DNA of 64,000 nucleotides from Barthelona sp. PCE (lineage: Eukaryota), in contig JAUFOR010000002.1 in NCBI GenBank assembly GCA_040285745.1, positions 372,001 to 436,000 on the forward strand. The letters run 5' to 3'. Of the stretch, positions 59,251-64,000 are shown one piece after another. Each line of letters opens with the position of its first letter. Position 1 is the stretch's first letter. The notes below the pieces were generated by a model, which ran no database searches, had not been told where the DNA came from, and saw nothing but the letters and a program-made list of their open reading frames with translations. Made by a program: the position numbers and the translations under genes.

Positions 59251-62037
59251 TTATTCTTCTTCTACCTTTCGTACAACGACTAGATCTTCAAGAATGCTGC
59301 TATATGGTTTCCATGCCTTGTCACCAAGCTCGGCGCGGTCTATACCACTGAGCAAAACAGGTGTCTTCTGTGTTTGGAACCCTGTCACACTACGGAGGTT
59401 AGATCCAGCCTTAGCAACGTTGTCGACAGGCTGTCCGACTCTGACAATCATGGAAGCGACGCTCATGTCGAGATCCTGGAGCTCCTCAGCATCCTTAGTA
59501 GCTGTTTCATCGATTGTGGCCATTACACGCGGTCTAGCAGCAAGAGCAAAGGGGAACATCATGACTGAGAACATTGGGCTGTTAAACATGGCATCATAGT
59601 AACCCATACAGTACAAGGAGGTCACGAGACTGAGCAAGGCGTTTCTATTCGTGAGAAGGCGCTCAGAGTGTGTCACGTTAACAGAAACCATTGTACGTCC
59701 CATATTGAGAAATGCCTGTCCCATATGTGCGGCCATAAGGTACTTGGGATCACCGGAAAAGTGCTCAGCGAGACCCTTGAGAGTTGTGGCAACACGAGCA
59801 TTTCCAGTACCACATGATATGAGTCCCATAGCCATGAGTGCGGCCTGACACGTGTCAGGGTCCTGGTCTGTCGCAAGTCTGTGTAATTTATCGAGGGCAA
59901 TAACCTCAGGCCTTCCAAGGCTCAGCAACGAAATCAGCAGAGGAATGCATCTCTTTAAGCGGACGCTTCCGAATTGCAGTAAGTGGTCGGACATACGCAT
60001 GAGCATTTGACGCGAGATATCCTCACGGTGACCAATCATACCGATTGCAAGCGTTGCAGATACCATGGGATCAAACGGTTCGCGGTGGACCTTAACCTCA
60101 CTCTTTGACCTCTGCATACTGCGCATCAAACCATCAAAGCCACGTGGTTGTTCCTCCTCCTCTTCTTGGGGATTCTCAGCTTCCTTCTCTTTAGCGATAT
60201 TGACTTCACGCTCTGCCTCTTTCAAGATTTCGTGGATGATCTGCTGTAAAATAACGACGTCTGAAGTGTCTACGTAGGCAAAACCACGAATCAAAAACTG
60301 TGTGGAGCGTTGGAAGTTGTGTTGTGCCTCAGGGGCATCGTCCTCTGGTGCAAACTGCTCCATCAAATCCTCAACCTCATCCTTAGCGCCATACGCAAAC
60401 AGGGCGAGGGCAAGAGGGAAGAAATAGGTGCCCTTGTAGTCGGCAACCTTTTCAAAATCCTCGTAGACCACAGCCATGTACTTGGCAACCAAGATGGAGT
60501 ACTCGTCGCAGTTGAGATGGCCCGCATACACTAAACCAAGTGTGAGAGCAGCAAATCCAGAGATGTCTGGGTGGGGATCCTCCAGTTTCTCCTCGATGTA
60601 AGCATACAGGGATGGTGGGAGCGCAGCACCCTTCGTCTGGTACGAAAAGGCAATGGCTAACAGAGATCCGATGACAATGGGGTGATGCTGCTGATCAGAG
60701 TACTTTTCGACTACGTGTCTGACGACCTCAAACTCATCAGTAGAACCGGCAGCGGCCATACCTAAGCCGAGAATGGCACCACCCTGGAATTCAGGGTTGG
60801 GACACATCAGATATGCGGGGAGCACCTCAAGCGCCTCATCGAGATTCCATCTTCGGAGTCCACCAAGTGCGGCAACAGCGAGCGTCTTTCCAAAACCCTT
60901 CTGACGGTGGACCCAGCTAATCTTATCAGCCCCTGTAGCAGGTGCATTGAGGATGTCAGGTCCGAAACCGATGTTAATGATCATGTTAGCGATAGAATCT
61001 ACTCTGTTGGAAAGCGCAGAATCAGGAGCAAAACCATCATCAGTGCGCCTCAATTTGGGCACGTGCCCAATGTCGACGTGGTCACTCTTGTATACGTACT
61101 CTGGTGTGCGGCCCTCATTGAGGTCGAGCGTCTCAGCGACGCGGCGCAGGACAACAGGCAGGTGATCACCCTTGAGGATGAAGTGAAGCATCTTTGGGAA
61201 GTAGTCTAGGGTTTCGGTGCCAATTCCGTGACGTTGGAGGATGATGGCGAGCTGTGTCTGCATGGGGAGATCGTTGACAGACTCAAGAATGTCGTAAACA
61301 GTTTCCATATTTTTAATACGCAGAGCAAAACGCAGGGCTCTCTCGTATTCCTGGAATTTGAGACAAATGTTAACGCATGACACAAACAGCGCCTCGTCAT
61401 GAGGGAAAGGAATGTGTTTTGCTGTCTCACTAAGGTACAAAATCAAACGCCTGAAATTGTGACGTTCGACAAATTCTTCAAGTAAAAAGAGGGTATTTGT
61501 GCGTGTACACAGGTCCACTACCTCGACCTCTGCGTTGTTTTCAAGGAAATATGGAATAATTGAAGTGATCAGAGCGATGAGAACTGTGAGCTCGTCGCTT
61601 TCGTTGTCCAAGGCGTATAACTCCTCATATTCATTAGATATGTCGTGTGAGAGACGGGCAATATAAGCATGACCCCACTCAACAAGATGATCTATGCAAG
61701 CCAGTTTAGCAAACTTTAAAACTGTGCGTGATTCACCTTCAACAAGGCACATGGACAGGAGTGAGAGAATGGCAGCGAGGGAAAGGAGGAATTCGTTGGA
61801 TTCATCGACCTCTTCCTTGATAGCCACACAAAAGTCAGAGAGGGTCTTGAAATGGCCCTTAATGAACTTTAGTGCTTTGGGAACCTGTGTGAGTGAGCCG
61901 GGAATGGCTTCAATTTCATCCTTTAACTGGTTGAGCGATTCATGGGCTGCCTCAGCGTTGTTTCTGAAATTCAGGATTTTCTCAACAAGCTCGTCGTATC
62001 TTGTCTGTTCTTCTTCGTTAGGATCGGTTGCAATCAT
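59251..62037 (-). CDS. RPN1: 26S proteasome regulatory subunit RPN1 (PSMD2)
   Basis: SLT.VPKALKF, WGH.Y..L, NAEVE.VDL, PC repeats, GTGNARVA..L, VRVGQ.VD.V..AG...VTGFQT..TPVLL...RAEL. Confidence 0.95.
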   Translation of the reverse strand: MIATDPNEEEQTRYDELVEKILNFRNNAEAAHESLNQLKDEIEAIPGSLTQVPKALKFIKGHFKTLSDFCVAIKEEVDESNEFLLSLAAILSLLSMCLVEGESRTVLKFAKLACIDHLVEWGHAYIARLSHDISNEYEELYALDNESDELTVLIALITSIIPYFLENNAEVEVVDLCTRTNTLFLLEEFVERHNFRRLILYLSETAKHIPFPHDEALFVSCVNICLKFQEYERALRFALRIKNMETVYDILESVNDLPMQTQLAIILQRHGIGTETLDYFPKMLHFILKGDHLPVVLRRVAETLDLNEGRTPEYVYKSDHVDIGHVPKLRRTDDGFAPDSALSNRVDSIANMIINIGFGPDILNAPATGADKISWVHRQKGFGKTLAVAALGGLRRWNLDEALEVLPAYLMCPNPEFQGGAILGLGMAAAGSTDEFEVVRHVVEKYSDQQHHPIVIGSLLAIAFSYQTKGAALPPSLYAYIEEKLEDPHPDISGFAALTLGLVYAGHLNCDEYSILVAKYMAVVYEDFEKVADYKGTYFFPLALALFAYGAKDEVEDLMEQFAPEDDAPEAQHNFQRSTQFLIRGFAYVDTSDVVILQQIIHEILKEAEREVNIAKEKEAENPQEEEEEQPRGFDGLMRSMQRSKSEVKVHREPFDPMVSATLAIGMIGHREDISRQMLMRMSDHLLQFGSVRLKRCIPLLISLLSLGRPEVIALDKLHRLATDQDPDTCQAALMAMGLISCGTGNARVATTLKGLAEHFSGDPKYLMAAHMGQAFLNMGRTMVSVNVTHSERLLTNRNALLSLVTSLYCMGYYDAMFNSPMFSVMMFPFALAARPRVMATIDETATKDAEELQDLDMSVASMIVRVGQPVDNVAKAGSNLRSVTGFQTQKTPVLLSGIDRAELGDKAWKPYSSILEDLVVVRKVEEE

Positions 62038-62426
62038 TTGAAAAGGGTGAGATTGTGAATTAACAGTTGAGTTGCAATTTGTTCATGTTCCCGACTTTTT
62101 TTGTGATCAAAACAGTTTTATTCGTATGTTATCAGTGATCATCCAGTTAAAATTCATTTTGATGGTTATCCGAGTTATAGTTGCAATTCTGTCTTCTTTT
62201 CAATTCCTTGGTTGAGAACATGCATTTGTGTGGGATTAATGGTCAGATAATCGGCACAGTTGACACAATAATATGATAAATGAGCATTTATAGATGCCCG
62301 GCTGGCTTTCCTAGACTGTTGGTCTTATTTTTAGGATGAACATTCGGTTCTATTGATTAATGTGAACTAATAAGTCAATAGAAATGAGTAAAACTCTGCT
62401 AAGATATTCATTTCGCTTGTCTTCCA

Positions 62427-64000
62427 ATGTCTACCCCTTTTCATCAGTACTCTCTTCCAAGAACTCCCAGGACTCCGAGAACCCCAAAGGCAGCGTTTCC
62501 GAGATCCACACACTCAGAAAGGTCACTCAGAAGATCGTATGAAATGTATTTTACTAACGACACTAATTTTTAGTCAGAAGGATTCAAAGCCACGTTCAAA
62601 AAGGGACGGAGGGGGCAAGTACAAGGGCAAGAATGTACAAAGTTCGCTGGGAGTCAGAAAACCGTTGGTTATCAACAAACCAATACTTTCTGAGGAATTC
62701 ACACACAAAGCCATCCTCAGAGGAGCTGATTGGCACATGGAAAACGGTCAGTTATATATCTATGGTATTAAGGTTGGTGAAAAACTTCCAAAAGTTGCAT
62801 TAAATGCAAGCAAGAAGGGGACACCACCACCACAACTTGAACCACGCACCCGGTTCGAGATCCCACCAATGAAACCTATACCGTATCGTGATATTAAGAG
62901 GGCAGTTGTTCCAGAAGCCCAAAAATTGCACACTTTGTTGATGACCCGTCGACCTACTGGTAAATCAATCGAGCTTCCGTACTTTCAGGGCGTTGTTATT
63001 GACTATGAACAGTTCAAGTCTGTTACATATGAAGAAGAAAAGCCAGCTACTGAGGAGGAAACTGTTGAGAAGAAAAAGAAGGTTGAAATATTAAGCTTAG
63101 AAACGAATTCGGGCAATTTCATGGAGATTAGAGGTGAAGAAGCTGTTGATGACTTCTTAAAAGAAGTTTATGATCTTTTCAGTATGTTCGGTCCTGATTA
63201 TGCATTCTTAAAGGATGAAAAAACAGTTATACTTTATTTCTCAGCCGCAGAAAACGCAGGACTCATTGAAATATATAATTATTCGATGGTTGGTGCCACT
63301 ACAATAACGATTCATCCTTCAAATGATTATTCGCCCGATATTATATCACATTGCTCGATTTTGCCGATCGAGAAGGCAGCTGAGTTTGCCCCTACTGTCT
63401 CAAAGCAAGAGACACCACCACCGATCTCCGAAAAGAAACCTACCCCGAAGAAGGAAGTGCCAGAGGAGGAGATGATGCCAGTTGAAGTTGCCACAACACT
63501 CGACTTTAGCACAGATTCAACTCCACCCATTCTACCATCGCTGGACCTTGAGGATAATATGGCGGAGTTCGATGTACCGCAGATGCCATCATCGCAACTG
63601 TCAGTAACTCCACAATATACAGTTCCCGTACCTGAGGACATGGAAATGATGCCAACCGCTGAGATACCGAGATACTTGAACGATTTCAAGCTCAAGTGGC
63701 AGAAGGAGTATACCGTTAAGCAGCCTATCTTTGATGAACCGAAGAAAGCTGTTAATTTCTTTGGCGGAACGTGCCCTCCTGTGGTTTCCACAGAAGAGGT
63801 GTCTATGGACAAATACAGCGGTGTTGAAGAGGCCGTTCCCATCAAATCGATGGGTGATGAGCGCTTCCAGGTTGTATTTGATGTTGATGATACTGCACGT
63901 CATCGTTACTACAAGCAGCGTATTCTGCAGGAGCACAACTACGATATGCACGAGGTTATGGAGACGTCAAACGTCCCTGAGAAGTCGGCACTTGTCCCAA
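62427..64000 (+). CDS. N-terminal part of a large protein (3' truncated); exons 62427-62536 and 62574-window end; possible degenerate RRM/UHM and SURP motifs
   Basis: MSTPFHQYSLPRTPRTPRTPK...SLRR|SQKDSKPR..., open to 64000 after splicing. Absent from the ORF track because there is no stop in the window. Confidence 0.8.
62537..62573 (+). other. Spliceosomal intron (37 nt, phase 2)
   Basis: GTATGA...ACTAATTTTTAG. The unspliced frame stops at this TAG; the spliced frame stays open for more than 1.4 kb. Confidence 0.85.

Noticed and set aside
1-64000. TTG/GTG starts in the ORF track, and a possible alternative genetic code
   Set aside because: Each real gene is explained by a downstream ATG or an upstream spliced exon. 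Conserved proteins end at TAA, TAG and TGA at expected positions, so there is no sign of stop reassignment.
1-64000. CRISPR arrays, rRNA, tRNA, telomeric repeats, intact transposons
   Set aside because: None seen by eye: no spaced direct repeats, cloverleaf with a T-loop, or transposase/RT ORF. A tRNAscan/Rfam run is needed to exclude divergent RNAs.

Overview
This is gene-dense eukaryotic nuclear DNA, not bacterial. It holds about 30 protein-coding genes on both strands, many only 14-60 bp apart, in the standard genetic code (TAA, TAG and TGA all act as stops). Recognisable genes include PABP, FKBP, PP2A-B56, UFSP2, TTC25/ODAD4, eIF5, Sua5, PPi-dependent PEPCK, Vps33, ESF1, a PPP phosphatase, a Vps54-like gene, BiP, TSR3, TRAPPC8 and RPN1, plus partial genes at both edges. 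I reconstructed four short (37-56 nt) 5'-proximal GT-AG introns that the ORF track misses; they share a fused 12-nt branch-point/3' splice-site motif. That intron geometry, an archaeal-looking ProRS C-terminus, a PPi-dependent enzyme and flagellar genes suggest an anaerobic flagellate, probably a metamonad (inference). The standout is a 3186-aa protein fusing TPR-like blocks and many PKA-type sites to a membrane-embedded processive GT2 polysaccharide-synthase module, a candidate cyst-wall or coat synthase. Three intergenic segments look like structured ncRNAs, one of them a speculative minimal U1 snRNA. I recognised no rRNA, tRNA, CRISPR array or intact mobile element. All family calls come from motif recognition by eye, with no database search.
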